63,885 bases of DNA, filler included, from Bigelowiella natans CCMP2755 (GCA_000320545.1; 6 parts of 6 records of this genome joined end to end with filler, not necessarily neighbours in it), one strand, 5' to 3'; shown: positions 1 through 14,829, numbered from the whole stretch's first letter. The notes: generated by a model from the sequence alone, not told the origin. Numbers and translations are program-made.

Positions 1-955
1 TCGTGCAGTCTCGATCATATAGCAGCTTCTTCACCAGATCAATTAGATGCTGTGGTCGCATAACGACGTGCTGCCATTTAGTGCATTCATTGGCCAATCA
101 CTACTCAAATCTCAGGTATTTAAATTCAGATAATAATGCTCACGTCTCGCAGGCCGTCCTCATCGAAATATATCGCCAACCCCAACTCATGATACCTGTG
201 CAAGAGAACAATCCATAAAAATTAGAGACAAATTGCTATGGGGTGAGGTGAGATGGATGATGCTTCCTCATTCTGCAGCTTACTACTTTCGTAGCATCCA
301 TCGTACTTCTCTCTCGTCGACGATGCCGTGCTCACGACATTCCTCCTGGACAGCTTGCAAGGTGAATATGGCTTGTTCCTTGGAGATCAAATCGTCGCAC
401 ACCTTGGTCCACGCGGATGGAACTTCCTCGTTTACCTGGTGTAAGCATTGCCGCCAATAATATTTCGTGCAAGTGCGAATACGCGGTCCATTAGATATAT
501 CAATGCGCAGTAGTAGTGTTAGTGGTAGCAGTTGTAGTAGTAGGAAGTGACGGAAGCAAACATATCGTTTCCTTTATATATCTGCAGTATCGTTCGTTAT
601 ACCTTTTCGTCGTTCTTGAGCCTCTCCATAACCTCATTACGCAGCTCCATGATCGTGCTGTGTACTTCCCCATTACTCGATCGAAACCTCATTGATGATG
701 ATAATAGCAGCAGCAGCAGCAGTAACGAAAACGACAATGGCACGGTGATAACGTACAGGAATAAGCATAGAGAACACCGGCAAAATGGAACGAGAAAAGA
801 AATCAATTTCCGACTAGAAAGCATGTATCGATTTGTACTTGCTATCAGCAGGAAAGAAGATCAAATCTGCGGGTTGTGCAGCGCCGTTTGGGCGCCATCT
901 TTTGCATCAGGACCACGGAAAGGGATTGAATCCCTCAAAAACCTGAACAGGTGGG

Positions 956-996
<41 letters not shown>

Positions 997-1501
997 TTCG
1001 TATGCTGTTTGCTGGAGGATACCTCTCGCGCAATTCTTGTGACTTTTCGATCGACATCGTTGAGGGTTTTCAGTAGCTCCTTTATTTAAAAAATACGATT
1101 TGAATAAGAACGTAACTCTCTTTTTCTCTCTCTCTCTTTACCTCTCTTTATCTATCTCTCACTCTTTCTTTGTGTGCGCGTGTGTGCTCATTACCTCAGG
1201 TTCCTTGAATTCTTTCAGCTTATCGATCTTCGTTCCCACAAGCACAATTGGCGCTCCTGGAGCAAATGTGCGGATATTCTGAAGCCAGAATCTTAGGTAT
1301 TCTTCAGCGTCCCGTTGCTGCTTCGCTGCTGTTTCCCCTGTTTTCAAAGATATCAACTATACAGAGGCTCCTTGAGCATCCTTACAAGGATAATCGCACT
1401 CGCCCCTCCCCCCTCTCTCTTTCATTCTCTTCCCTCAATCTTTCTCTTGCTACGCAACAATATATATGCTCGTTCGAATACCATGTTTACCTGTTACTAT
1501 T

Positions 1502-1547
<46 letters not shown>

Positions 1548-4500
1548 TTCCCCTGTAACGAATATCAAATGAACAACAAAATGTAATATATCACCGTTAC
1601 CATGGCTCTTCTCCCTCCCGAGGAACTCCTCCAAGGAAAACACCACCATGTAGAGGCAGTTACGGTTCAGAAATATCACGTGCGAAGTGTAGAACACCTC
1701 TTGACCCGCGAAATCCCATACCGACACCTGCGCATGCATTCATTTAGAAGAGGGGGGAGAGAAAGAGGAGAAGGAAGAGAACAAGTAACAATTCTTTATG
1801 TGGGATTGCTCTCTGCGGACGATTACGTACGTCAACATTTCGTGAGTGATGATGCACATAATATGTGCATGCACATGTGCATTCATCTATACTCGAATAG
1901 CTTCCGGATTGTCCAAAGATTCTTGCATACGCCCAGGATCTAATTCCTGATCATGATTTCAAGTCATGGCCAATAAAATGGAGCACGATCTCTCCTTCAC
2001 GGAGTTCAATGTTTCATCAGGCTTCTATCGAGGCTATTATTCACTCCTACCTTGATAAGCTTCTCCTCATTTAGACTCTCTCCTTGAATTCCCTTGGATT
2101 CTTTGATATCCTCGTCAGTGCCGTTGCCACTGTCCTTCACGTCTGCGCTTTGCTTTGGAGATGAAAGTGAAAGTTTTCCTTCTTCTGCTGCTATCTGCTT
2201 GTTTGTTGTCGCTGCGTTATCGTCTGAGCTGCTACTACTTACAATTTCAGTTCCTTTGGCATTTATTTCTGTGGAAGGTTTGCCAGTTTTCTCATCCTTA
2301 TTCTTAAAAGGATATTGGGATAATAAAGGTACCTACGGCACACAGCAGCCGATTTTAAGCATAGGAAATGATTATTACAGTTGTGTTTATTTCCAAACGG
2401 AATCTAAAATCGAAATTGTACATGTCCACCTTTGGATCAATAGCCTCCTCTTTCACTTTCTCTTTCTCCTCCTGCTTCTCCCCCACCTTTGTATTCTTTT
2501 CATCCTCGCATTTCTTCTTCAGATGTGCCAATACCAGGGCTCGCTCATAATTGCCTCCTGCGTAGACGATAATTCATAAATCATCCACAGTCAGATAGGG
2601 AAGATTCAAACATATTTACTGCGTTCCAATTAGGTCGCTCTATACCGAAAGTGACGTTCTTGAACACGGTGTTCTGAAATGAATCATACGGCCTTTCCAC
2701 CTTGCGAAAAAAAAATTGAAGCAGACCGTGAAAAACAGACACTGGTCTCTTAATGAATTTCCCTCTATGCTTTGCATCTGACACAGTGGCCGCAGTGACG
2801 TCTTGGACGGTGACATCAGCCACAACCTTAGTATGATTGTGCACACAGAAGAGCAAGAATGAGCTTGTGAGCTCAATGTGATGGTTGTGCTAGATCTGTT
2901 CGCTATCACTACCGTTGATTCTGTGACGCGAAACTCTTCACCCTTCAAAGCCATGTGTAACGTCGTTTTACCAGTGTGCCCTTTGCCAACAAACATCACA
3001 CGAGACCGTCGCCAGGGCATCGTGCTAGAAAACACCCTTTTCACGGCCTCCATAGGGAGGGGGATGTCGGCAATCTACAACACAAGCAGAAAATTCGTTG
3101 TAAAATCGAAAGTATGCAAAGAGAAGAAAGGTACATGGAGAAAACAAGATGTTGCATTTCAATTCGGTATAGTATGAACAAAATGCTCATCTCTCGCGTT
3201 CATTCCCTATTTTTTCAGGTGGCTGTGCTGCATGGAGATAAACACCACATATACTACAACGAGTGAATGACTGAGAAAGGCCCGTCATAAATTCAGAAAT
3301 GCATAAAGTAATATAGCATGATTCTCTAAGCGACTGGCGAACAACTCCGAACTCAATTTTTAATATTTGAATTAACGAAACTGATGACACCTGTTTTAGA
3401 TACTCCACAACTCTAAGTTTGTGCTGAGCAACTGCTTCATCGAGAGCCGTTTGTCCCCTATTATTTTTGGTCTCGAGGTTGGCGTTGGCGTTCTCCACAA
3501 GGTACCGCACCGCATCAACGTGGCCATTGTAAGCAGCCCAGAGGAGGGGTGTATCTCCATTGTTGTTCTTGGCTTCGACGTTGGCGTTGGCGTTCTCCAC
3601 AAGGTACCGCACCGCATCAATGTGGCCATTGTAAGCAGCCCAGAGGAGGGGTGTATCTCCATTGTTGTTCTTGGCTTCGACGTTGGCGTTGGCGTTCTCC
3701 ACTAGGTACCGCACCGCATCAACGTGGCCATTGTAAGCAGCCCAGAAGAGGGGTGTATATCCATTGTTGGTCTTGGCTTCGACGTTGGCGTTGGCGTTCT
3801 CCACAAGGTACCGCACCGCATCAATGTGGCCATTGTAAGCAGCCCAGAGGAGGGGTGTATCTCCATTGTTGTTCTTGGCTTCGACGTTGGCGTTGGCGTT
3901 CTCCACAAGGTACCGCACCGCATCAATGTGGCCATTCCAAGCAACCTTGAGGAGGGGTGTATATCCATTGTTGTTCTTGGCTTCGACGTTGGCGTTGGCG
4001 TTCTCCACAAGGTACCGCACCGCATCAACGTGGCCATTCAAAGCAGCCAAGAGGAGGGGTGTATATCCATTGTTGTTCTTGGCTTCGACGTTGGCGTTGG
4101 CGTTCTCCACAAGGTACCGCACCGCATCAACGTGGCCATTGTAAGCAACCAAGAGGAGGGGTGTATATCCATTGTTGTTCTTGGCTTCGACGTTGGCGTT
4201 GGCGTTCTCCACAAGGTACCGCACCGCATCAACGTGGCCATTCAAAGCAGCCAAGAGGAGGGGTGTATATCCATTGTTGTTCTTGGCTTCGACGTTGGCG
4301 TTGGCGTTCTCCACAAGGTACCGCACCGCATCAACGTGGCCATTCAAAGCAGCCAAGAGGAGGGGTGTATATCCATTGTTGTTCTTGGCTTCGACGTTGG
4401 CGTTGGCGTTCTCCACAAGGTACCGCACCGCATCAACGTGGCCATTCAAAGCAGCCCTGAGGAGGGGTGTATCTCCAACGTTGTTCTTGGCTTCGACGTT

Positions 4501-4671
4501 GGCGTTGGCGTTCTCCACAAGGTACCGCACCGCATCAACGTGGCCATTGTAAGCAGCCAAGAGGAGGGGTGTATATCCATTGTTGTTCTTGGCTTCGATG
4601 TTGACACTCTTCGCCTCTACGAGACGGCGCATCGTGTCAACATCTCCCGATTTAGCCGCATCGAGGAGGAT
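1..4671 (-). CDS. Roco protein: ankyrin repeats + Roc GTPase + COR domain (multi-exon; runs off the window start; first exon(s) upstream of 4671 not resolved)
   Basis: Ankyrin exon 3392-4671. Roc motifs on successive minus-strand exons: G1 VMFVGKGHTGKTT (~2990), G3 VWDFAGQEVFYTSHVIFL (~1720), G4 PIVLVGTKID (~1240). COR-like segments VPSAWTKVCDDL (~420), HELGLAIYFDEDGLRD (~170) and VVILRPQHLIDLVKKLL (~50). Confidence 0.9.
3470..4600 (-). repeat. Tandem array of 11 near-identical 99-bp units encoding 33-aa ankyrin repeats
   Basis: Unit (Y/D)TPL(L/F)x(A/V)AxNGH(V/I)DAVRYLVENANANVEAKNNNG is repeated 11 times with near-identical DNA, including synonymous sites. Confidence 0.97.
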
Positions 4672-5652
4672 CTGAAAGAGAACGACAAGAATCTCATTTG
4701 CGATGCCACCTTACACTACCATCACTGGTGCATGGTTGTAAGTGCGCACATGACAGTTTACGTTGTGATTTTTCACATGAAGAATGCGTTGCCGATGGTG
4801 GTAGAAGAGTGGGAAATTGTCATGTTGTTTGACCAGGTTGTGTGTGCTCATCATCGCATCTCACCACCTCATCATCGCAACCATCCTTCCTAACGCAGCC
4901 ATTCTTTCCATCCTGACTGTTCTCCCCATCTCGAGTATGCTTCCCCTCCATGAAAGGAAGGAATTTTGAGTTTTATGGTCTTGTGTGTGGGTGTCAAATG
5001 AGGCATAACGAGGCATTTCCAGGATTTCCCGCTAGAATCGGCAAACGGCCTGTCCATCTTCCCATTCTGAACAAGCGACAACATAAAATTTGATGTCTAG
5101 CTTCTTACGAGGGTGAATCCCCCTTGCCAGATACTAAAATGGGCAAGTCGTGCTTGCAGGATTTCTTTTGAGGCGCAACGAATTTTCTGCTTTTTTGTAT
5201 TTTGTGGGATGTACAATCCGATTGCAGCAAATCAGACCCACAGTGAAACAAGAGCATGAAGAATGGCATAGTAACAGAAAGGTGCGACATGATAAGATAA
5301 TTTAATGTCGCACTTTGGGACTCGCCGACTCTATATTCGATGCCACAATGCCCTGTGCAGCAATCATGTTCATTTTTTCCCGACAGCGTATTTACCCGAG
5401 TGTAGGTTTTTAGATTTTCGTGGATTTGCTTGACACCATAAGAGTAGCCAAGATATGGCCACCTTAGCTGTGGCCGCTGCCACAGCCGCCGCCGCTGCCA
5501 CCACCACTACCAACGAAAAGAAAGTAGGCGCAGTTTGGGTGGAGACCCGCTGTCCATAGATCATTTGAGATCATTTTGCATTCCTAACAATTATCACGTT
5601 TGTAGGATCCACTGTCGCAAGAGAATCTTTTCAACTACTACCCAGCTGGGAC

Positions 5653-7694
5653 ATGTCCTCCCGCCTGTTCTTTGCTAGGCCACCAGGTCCTGCTGGCAAA
5701 CTCTGTTTTGTAAGTAGCGTTCATTCACGTACGAGATGATAACCTCACGCAGTTCCACACATCTGAAGTCTTTGGAATGCTATTTCTCGTGCTTGCGGTA
5801 TGAACAGCGACTTGATATATCCCAACGTAGAAGGTGATATGTTTCCTCGCTGATTGTGTTAGGTTATCCTGATTATCATTCGCTTTGTCGACGATGCTAC
5901 GCCCGGCTTCGTGATAGCGATTATCATGATAATTGTTGCGGGTTTGTACTTGTTCTACTTGTGGGATTACGATAAACTCCGTACCCTGTCTGAGCTTGCG
6001 GCGCGTTACGCCCAAATTGCTGAAAGGCTAGAGGTATTTTTGATAGTTCTTTCTATAATATCAAGAGCCATCATCAGCCTGATATGTATTCTACAGGCGG
6101 ATTCAAAAGAACTCGGGCAGACCAACGAAGAGTGCAAGATGTTCCTAGAGACAATGCAGCAAGAGAACAAAAAGCTTTCAGAGTCTCTTGACAAGTTTAA
6201 ATCTAAGATGGGAATGTTGAAGGCAACGGAGGTTAAGAATCAAGCAGCAACAAACACAATGATATGCACTCCATCAATTTACATTGATTTAAAGTACACT
6301 TTAGTTCCTCTCTTCTTACTCGCTTTTCTTCTTTTCCTTCTATTTTGTGCTCTCTGATACGATGATAACTCAGGACGAGCTTGAGCGGGTGGAGCATGCG
6401 ATTGAAGGAATGGTTAGCACCAGTAAACGCCTCAATGCTCTTGAAGAATCCCTTAACAAGACCAATGCGGCGTATATTTTAAGATTAAAGCAGGACGAGT
6501 TAGACCAAAAGAAGTTCCGCGCACTATATGAGGTGCACTTACAGTTGCTTCATATTTCCTGCTTCTTCTTACCTTTCCCGTGTTGGGAAGGCATTGCAAA
6601 TCAAGTGGTGTGCTTTTGGTTGTAGGTCATGGAAGCCTTCGAGGATGTGGACACGAAAGATCATGATGGGTACTATTAGCAGTAGATGTAGTAGTAGTAG
6701 TGGAAGTAGTAGTTGTTGTAATAAGTATTGACAGAATAACAGACACTTAGAGGCTCATATTGAGACAAAGCACTCGCTCACTCCTTTATCTCCCTTTGGA
6801 GATAACGATTAGCTTCAGCAATTCGTTCTTAATCAAAACGTGCGCAGATCTCTCACAGGCCGCGAAATCGAGAACATGAAAAGGCTATTAAAGCGCCTAC
6901 CTTCTTTCTTTGAGATATATGAGGATACGGTGGGATAATATTGAGAAATGATTGCCATGATGATGTTGACAGATGATCGAGATGATGATATTTAAGTACC
7001 ATTTAGACTGATAGCGGAGTAGGAGTAGGATGATCATATCATAACAACAATCTTAACTGGCTTTTATCCTCTTCTAATGTTTCTCTTCATCAAAAAGGAA
7101 ACCAAAGAGAAGAAGAAGCGACTCGTATTTGAAGTCGATTGGGAAAAGATCGACACGAATAAGGATGGGTAGGCTCTCACGCACTAGTCACAAACTAAGA
7201 GTTTTATTTCTTACTAACAGATATTAGCTTATAACCCTGCCATAACGGGGCTATATTCGTTCAGCACAGTGTGATTCTAGTTTTAATGGAGTAAATCGTC
7301 ATCATCCACATTCTACATCTTCATCAGGGAACTCAGTAAATGGGAGTTCAGACGTGCGATGGACGTGATGCTCTCGGAACACTACACCATATTCAACACC
7401 GTTTACTTAGAAGAGGCAAAAGAAGCCGTTAAAGACTACAATCTTGGCAAGTGGTGATGCATTCACCAAATCAAATCATACAATTAGTTTCTGTTCAATA
7501 TCATTCAATCACGTCACATCCTCCTCTCATGTATCCAACTCTTCTACTCTGTGCAACGATACAGGTGGGAGGAATCTGAATTTCTAGTGCGTCATTCGTC
7601 AGTCGGACATTGGTTCGAAGATCCCAGCCAAGCCATTACAGCGGCAGCAAAAGTTGCGGAGAAGCGTAAAAGTGAAGGGAAAATTCATACTTAA
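5653..7694 (+). CDS. Multi-exon membrane protein with coiled coil and EF-hand motifs
   Basis: TM segment IAIIMIIVAGLYLFYLW, coiled-coil exons (ELGQTNEECKMFLETMQQENKKL; ELERVEHAIEG), EF-hand-like EAFEDVDTKDHDG and WEKIDTNKDG/ELSKWEFRRAM, GT-AG introns. Start is approximate. Confidence 0.65.
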
Positions 7695-8341
7695 GTAATG
7701 CGTGATGATGCCAACACCACATGCAATTGTACATGATTAGGTGTCCTCACGCTGCGATGTATTATTCCATACCCATGTGCGACTGTAACATATCTAGATA
7801 TGCGCATATGACCACATCTAGACATTGCGAAATTTAAACAAGGATAAGGCGGAAACATGCTGTATGCACGTGTACACGTAGACATACTTGCATTGTGCAT
7901 ATCTAGATATGTCCAGATACAGCTACATGAGGATGGCCATTGAACAAATTTAATTTGATTGATCACATCCGTCTTTGTAGATCTTGCGATGCACATCTAG
8001 ACATGCTAATGACATGCTGTAGCAACATGTAGACAGCGTAGATCATGTCTAGCTAGCTAGACTTTACGCTATGCACATGCTGAAAAATGTTGTTCACACA
8101 CAAATTGCAGTACAGCTAGATAACACAGGGCACATTTATCTAGTCATTCCAGCAGATTGAAAAAAGTCTTCAAAATATCATAAATTCCAGCCATATACGG
8201 GATACTAGCCACATAGCATGTGGATAAGCTCTAGAAGCTGACCAATGTTTGATGACTTCTCTTTCTAGCTTTGTTCGCATACGAGAACATGGTATAACGT
8301 CACACGGGCTGCTACTTGCGAATCAAAAACTATTTCGGTGA

Positions 8342-10748
8342 TTATGTAAACGTGCTTTCTGGACCAAAACGTGCAATCATCATTCCATAGTAAGTCGGAT
8401 GAAAGTTCGCCATCAACTGAGATCTCCAAGGTGTCCCGCTGCCATTGCGGATAACATCCAGTAATCCATCAAAGAGAACCATCCCAGGGAATCTGCAGGC
8501 AGGGTGGAACATATTTACGATCAAAACTTTGGAACTCAATACCATGCTTAACGGTTTGAATTTGACTCCCAAAAATCACATCTAACAAAACTGTACCCGC
8601 AGGATTTCGCTCCCAGCGCTTGCTGCTTCGCTGCCTGACAGTAGCACATACATACAGTATTTAAGCATATACTAAATAAAGCTTTGTGGAGTGATCGTTC
8701 GCACCTTGTTACGGATGTTCCAAGAATCCATAGTTGATGCCCAGGCCCCGCTCGCATCATCAAACGGTTGCGCACATGGACAATACCCGTAAGGACCTTT
8801 AGAACGTTCAGCGTGTACGATATCAGTAATGCTTGTCATCGTTATCGAGGCTACATCCATATTGCGCCGAACAAACATAATCATTACAATGCATGTTTCA
8901 AGATTCCGTTCGATTTATATCTACTTGCCAACCGTCACCTTCTATCTGATGCGTGTGAGCAAGATCGCTGCTGACAACCAAAACGACTCGTTTCGGGGAC
9001 TCATCAAGGATGTGCCCCATGTTGAAACCTGAAATTATTGTGTGTATTGATTCACCAGTTTTCCTCTTCATCACAGTCTGTTAGTCTCTTTGGTAGTTGT
9101 GATGGATGATCGTCCGAATAGTCTCTTTTGAACTACCGAGATCTACAAGCTCCGGCACCATGTCCACAGAATGATTGTATCGACTGTAGGGAATCCCAAG
9201 GATGATAACCTCCAGATTGTATCATATGATTACGCCATCAATAACAAATAAATTCATGTGTGAGGAGGAAGAGGAGGGGGGGGGGATGCACATTAAGCGT
9301 TCGTAAATATGCATACAGCGCAAACAAAGAAGTGACGTAGTTACCTTTGGTTGGAATTCTGCTGGAAGAAAAGAGTAGGGAAGAATCTCCCCCCAGCTAA
9401 CAGGCAATGGCATGCTGTTAGCGAATCCCAATATGCCTTAGTTGGGGAGAATAGGAGGGGGCAGTCGTTTACATGTAGCAACGATGCAGCATTTATAAGA
9501 ATCAATAAGCACTCAAGATTTCAAAACTAGTTGAAACGATACCAAAACAAAAGAAAAATTCAGCATGGAGTATCATCATTTGAGAAGCAATTTACCAGTC
9601 AGGCGTTGCTTATGTTCAAGCTTTTGCACTAAAGATGTCGCAAGCTCCGCATCCGTTGTTAAATTAGCACAGACCTGACGAAAATTCAGTGACTTATTAG
9701 TTGTACAGTTCTATATTATTCCTGTTTGACACTCCGACCATCATCACAACGAACACCATGCAGCTTTCGCCGCTACCGTCGTCATCATCATCTTTCATCA
9801 TCATCATCATCGCTTCTATTCTCCCCACCTTGTAGGAGGGGAAAGATTTGTTGTGCAGATCGCCTCCAAGCTCCGCACATCCGTTCAACATATCATTTTG
9901 ATATATCAAGAAATCCTTTCATAGTCACAACAATGTAAGATGAGTCGATATTCTCGCGCCGTCATCACCATCATTGGCTCCTCTCAAGTTGACCACCATC
10001 ACACACCCATCCACACACTACACCCAAAACCCCACACCCACCTCTGCAAGCTCCATTCCATGAGGAGTACTGAGAAGTATCTAAAAATAATAGCGCAGTT
10101 CACAGTCAGATGGCAGCAGGGACTACGATTAAAATAGATTGCACTATAAATTACTGCTGATGACAACGGCATGTCTTACTATTAACAATAGGAAATTACC
10201 ACATCAGGTTCCAGTTGCTCTATCCAACGCCCGACACGTAGCGCAGCCTAATGAGAATTGACGACGTTAGGACAAATCATGACGCCACCGACAGAGTCAA
10301 GGCTTTCGAACGTGCGATGCGTGTTCATTCCATGACTTACTTTATGAAGCTCTTTCGAACCATTTTTCCCTTGAATATAGCCAGAAGAGAACGAAGTAAG
10401 AATCGGAGTGTCACTCGTAGATTATTCACACACATACACACACACACACACACACACAGCCACGCACGCACACATATTCATACAATACCGTGGACAAGCG
10501 AAGGGTCATACGCGAAATCTCCGTGAGGAATAACTGCGCCTCCCACAATCTGACATAATTACAGCACGAAAGTCATGGATCGTAATAAATGTATGGCATG
10601 CTAACACTTTGAAAAACTATGTGGAAACTCTCCGCACAACATCTCTGCTAAGCAGCGGCCCGACCTTTGCATTTGCGAGGATTTTATGATGAGATTGCAG
10701 TATCAAGGTTGGAAGAAAGAGGCAGGGGAGAAGCCAACGGATTGTCAT
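8342..10748 (-). CDS. Signal-peptide-bearing LigB/Memo-like (class III extradiol dioxygenase subunit B fold) protein
   Basis: Spliced reading gives MTIRWLLPCLFLPTLILQ..., GGAVIPHGDFAYDPSL, SWGEILP, RVVLVVSSDLAH, GPYGYCPCAQPFD, AKSCG and PTYYGMMIARF, which are motifs typical of this family. Confidence 0.7.
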
Positions 10749-11153
10749 TCTTGCCCCCCCTCTTCGATGCTTGACCGACACTGAGCTCCGACAGTGGTTG
10801 AGTTTATACTTCTCGAGAATTGATTATCCTCTGCGACAAGCTGAAATCATTGTCGCATTGAGAAAAACCCAATACATCAAATCAACAGCAATGTAACGCG
10901 TGGCAACGAGAAAAAAGAAACAAAATGTTGTTTTTAAACAGGGGATCCTTTTTCATTAGACGTCAAGGATAAAAAGCTGACGTATCGGATAAATCCCCGG
11001 TATTCGCAGTCTTTTTGCTCGGGTACCAGCAGCAGCCGGAAAAGAGATAAAAAGGGAGACGCGATGGGCTATCATCAATCTGCAGTGACGGCGAGGAGAA
11101 GGAGGAGGAGGAGGAGGAGAAGGAGGGGGGAACAGTAAAGGGATCAGCGATAA

Positions 11154-12562
11154 ATGACGATGAGAAAGAGTGGAGGGAGCGGGTGGACGATGAATCAATC
11201 CATCCGTTCGTTACCTAGGACAAGGGCTACATCCGTCGCCAATCCTTCCAGGAAGGCGAGCAAGAAGAGTCAGTTATGTGTAAGGTATCCGAGTCTTCGA
11301 ACATCGTGCAATCGTGTATTGGGATTGCCCTTGCTCGGGCCTTCATTTTGTGTGATTCTTAGGTTACCTCCTACATCTTCTCTCTCATCGAGACGAACCT
11401 CCTCGTTGAAGCAACAGCTTCCTCCGCAAAAACCTGCTGCTGCTGCTGCTGCTGCTGTGAGGAAACATCAGAATCATCGGCAGAAACATTATCATCAGCT
11501 GCATACAGACTCCGCTTCGACGATAATGCGTCGTCTAGAAACGCCCCCCGTCTCACATTCGTTCCCTAACCTTGCGGGCTATCATGTTGGTCTAAAGTTA
11601 GAAGAGAAATTGAAGAAAGGTGTAGCAAGCACAACAACTCGCCTTCGTGAGTCCAAGACAACAAAAAAGGTTTTTTTTCCGAAGAAGAGGATGGGAACAA
11701 GCACGAGTAAGCTAAAAAGTGAGAGGAAGAAGTTGCCCCTTGGAAGGTATGCTGAATTACTGAGCGAGCAATTCGAAATTTCATTCGGTGTTTGCACAAA
11801 ATTGGAGATCAAGAGAATCCCTTTCGTGCAGTAAAACGTTTGCATTGTGAGCTGCTGCATTCGTCTTATTTTGGCGATGTTGTAAACGCATTATCGACGA
11901 TTCGACTATTATGTCATTTAGGCATGTGAGGATAAAACGGAAAGATTACACGACAGAGATGACCTGCGAAGTCGAGTACGTTCGTCTAAATATGATCAGT
12001 TATTCTCGTGTGTGTGATTTTGACATTGTCCACTATGCAGCTATCCATGTGAAGTGGACGATTACATCGACGCAATTCTTTACGAGGTAGTATGCGCTAA
12101 GCAGCGATTCGAGCGCATCTGCATTAGGCTTGTTGTATTTTTACATATACATCAAGATGTAGCAAGTGACTGTTTGATCTTATTTTGCAGCCCCCCCCCG
12201 AGCTTGGTCCTCCTAAGGTAGTACAGCACCTCCCAATCAACAGCATCATCGAGATCCGAATCCAAAGACAACGCACAATTCTGCTAGCATTATCTTGACT
12301 TTACAGAATTCTTCGTATGCTCTACTACTCCTCATCTTTATCGTCCTTTAAACGTCGTTACAACGATTATCCCCTGCAGGGAATTGTTGTGTGTGCTCCT
12401 GGTTCTCTAGGCGGTTTGGGCCCGGTAGTAGTTAGTAGTAGAGCAGCATAGTTGCTTGCGAGGAAGAAGAGGAAGACAGGAGGCGTTATGTGAAGATAAG
12501 ATGAAACGATGACTGCTGTTGATCATGACAAATGATGGTGATGATGACGATTATGATGATAT

Positions 12563-12599
<37 letters not shown>

Positions 12600-13452
12600 T
12601 ACAACGGTTCCCGTTGTCGTTGAGTAACAACGAATTACATGTGCAGGGTATCATCAAAGGCACGGAGAAAGGCATAGATAAAGATCATACCAAAGGGGTT
12701 GTTTGCCCTTTGACCATTAATGCGCTTTTCGTTCGTAGCAGCTTGGCAGCTTGCATTTGCAGCCTACTTCCATCCGTTACTGACGCAAAGCTTTCGACTC
12801 CAACTATTATTTGTCGTTGAAACATCTCTGCCTGCAGGTATATGGTGCAATCTACATAAGATTAGGACTGGAATTAGCGAATTGCTGTGAGGTGAAGTAC
12901 ATCATCATCATCATCATTATTATTATTATTATTATTACTTTCGCTATTATTATTAATAATAATAGTGGTAGTAGTAGTCGTCACGAGCCGTTTGCAAGTA
13001 TGATTGCGTTTGACTGAGCTCCCTTGAATACAAAGGATGATTATCTGCTGCTTTATATTACTTCCTTCAGTGCTCCTGGAATTGGGAAACCAAACGAGAA
13101 CGGAAAAGGTAGGTGTTCAAGGGAGGGGGGAGGCAGGATTTAAGGGTGGGAGAGGGGGAAAGGATAAGAAGGCTTGAGTTGAGTCTTTGATAAACTTGTT
13201 CTTCTTGTTGTTCTTCTTCGTTTTCTCTTTAAACAAAGCCGCATGGACCTGCGACGTCACAATGAGAGGCTGAGTGTCGCAGTGCTGCAAATTGATTGGT
13301 ACCCGCAGTCTCCCTATCTATCTTACGCTGTTTACTCTCAGGATCTCATCTTCTTCTTCTCTTCGTTCCTCTCACCATTACTTAACTGTAAGGTCGTTCC
13401 GAGTGTCGGGACATATTCGTCTTAAGTCCACTCTTGTTCATGGGGTAAGTTG

Positions 13453-13493
<41 letters not shown>

Positions 13494-14788
13494 TTTATAT
13501 ACTATTTACATCTTGTGTGTGTGTGTGTGCGTGACAGTATGCATACACCTACATTTTTCCCCATAAGTGATTAATACAAAGTTGTAATTGCCATCGAATC
13601 ATAAGTTGCTTCCTGAGGTTTCCCCCCATGATTTTTTGAATGACAATCGTCGATCAAAGGTCAATGACGTGAGAGCAGCTGTGAATTACATGTGCTCAAG
13701 GTACAGAAGAAGTCCATCAATATCTGTGTGTTGACGAAAATAACAAGTAATGGTCGCAATCGCGTCCCGCTGAATTTCTTCCATTTGTCCCCCATCATAG
13801 ATACAATCTCCCGGGTTGGGTACTCATCGGGAACTCGTTGGGGGGAGAAAGGGCCATTTTCTTCTTTAAAAGTGGGAATGGGGGGTGGGGGGGGGGAAAG
13901 AGAGGTGAGGTCGTTCAGCAGAATATGACATGGAATAATTTGCTCTCGGTGGAGTTTTCGTGTCATCGTCATCAGCTCAATGAAAACCTTCCATCAATTG
14001 GTTGCAATGCTCTCCTCCTCCTCCCCCCCCCCTCTTCTTTTCCTCATTCTTCCATCAACTTACGTCACTACCTCTCTTTCTGGCAGAGGGCCGTCGGTTT
14101 GGGCGGCTACTACTCACCTTCCGAAGAAGAGGTAGGAGAATGAGAAGGATGATGGCAACAACAACGCCATTTAGACATGATGATGATGTTGTTGTTGTTG
14201 TTGTTTCTAATATGCTTCTGTTCCTAACGGAGAACATCATAATGATGGAAAAGGGTATTGGCCGTGGTAAGCTTCGCGGGAAGTGCCAGAGGCGGGCCGG
14301 TTAGTAAAACCACCCCAGTCCCTTGCTGTTTTATTGAATTGTTGTCATGGATTGGTCAATATATTTGCTTCTCCTCACTCGCTTATCATTGCTCTTAAAT
14401 TTCATCTTCATCCGCATTTCAAAACAAATCGGCTTCTTTTGTAGAACTGTTTCCCACATAACATCTTCCACCCAAACGTGCAGATCTTTGAGAAGCAGAA
14501 CCTTGGAACCGTATCTGCGGCTAGGTCACATCATAGCCCCCTCTTTTACTACCTCCTTCATCGTCTTATTCTTATTTATATGACCGAATCTTTGCATTAT
14601 ACACTGATTTACATCGCAATTACACACACACACACACACACACACAGGTACACATACTATTTCATGCTTTTTCTTGCATCATACGCTTACGACACCATCT
14701 ATGTACAGAAACTTCAAGAAGCCTTGCTTGATACTACACGGTTGATAGACTTGAGAACATGCAAATCACTTTTACTCACTCTCTCTCT

Positions 14789-14829
<41 letters not shown>

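Noticed and set aside
3421-4893. Long plus-strand repetitive ORFs (e.g. 3724-4893, 389 aa) and a CRISPR-like periodic appearance
   Set aside because: These are antisense shadows of the 99-bp ankyrin array. The units are contiguous coding repeats without unique spacers.
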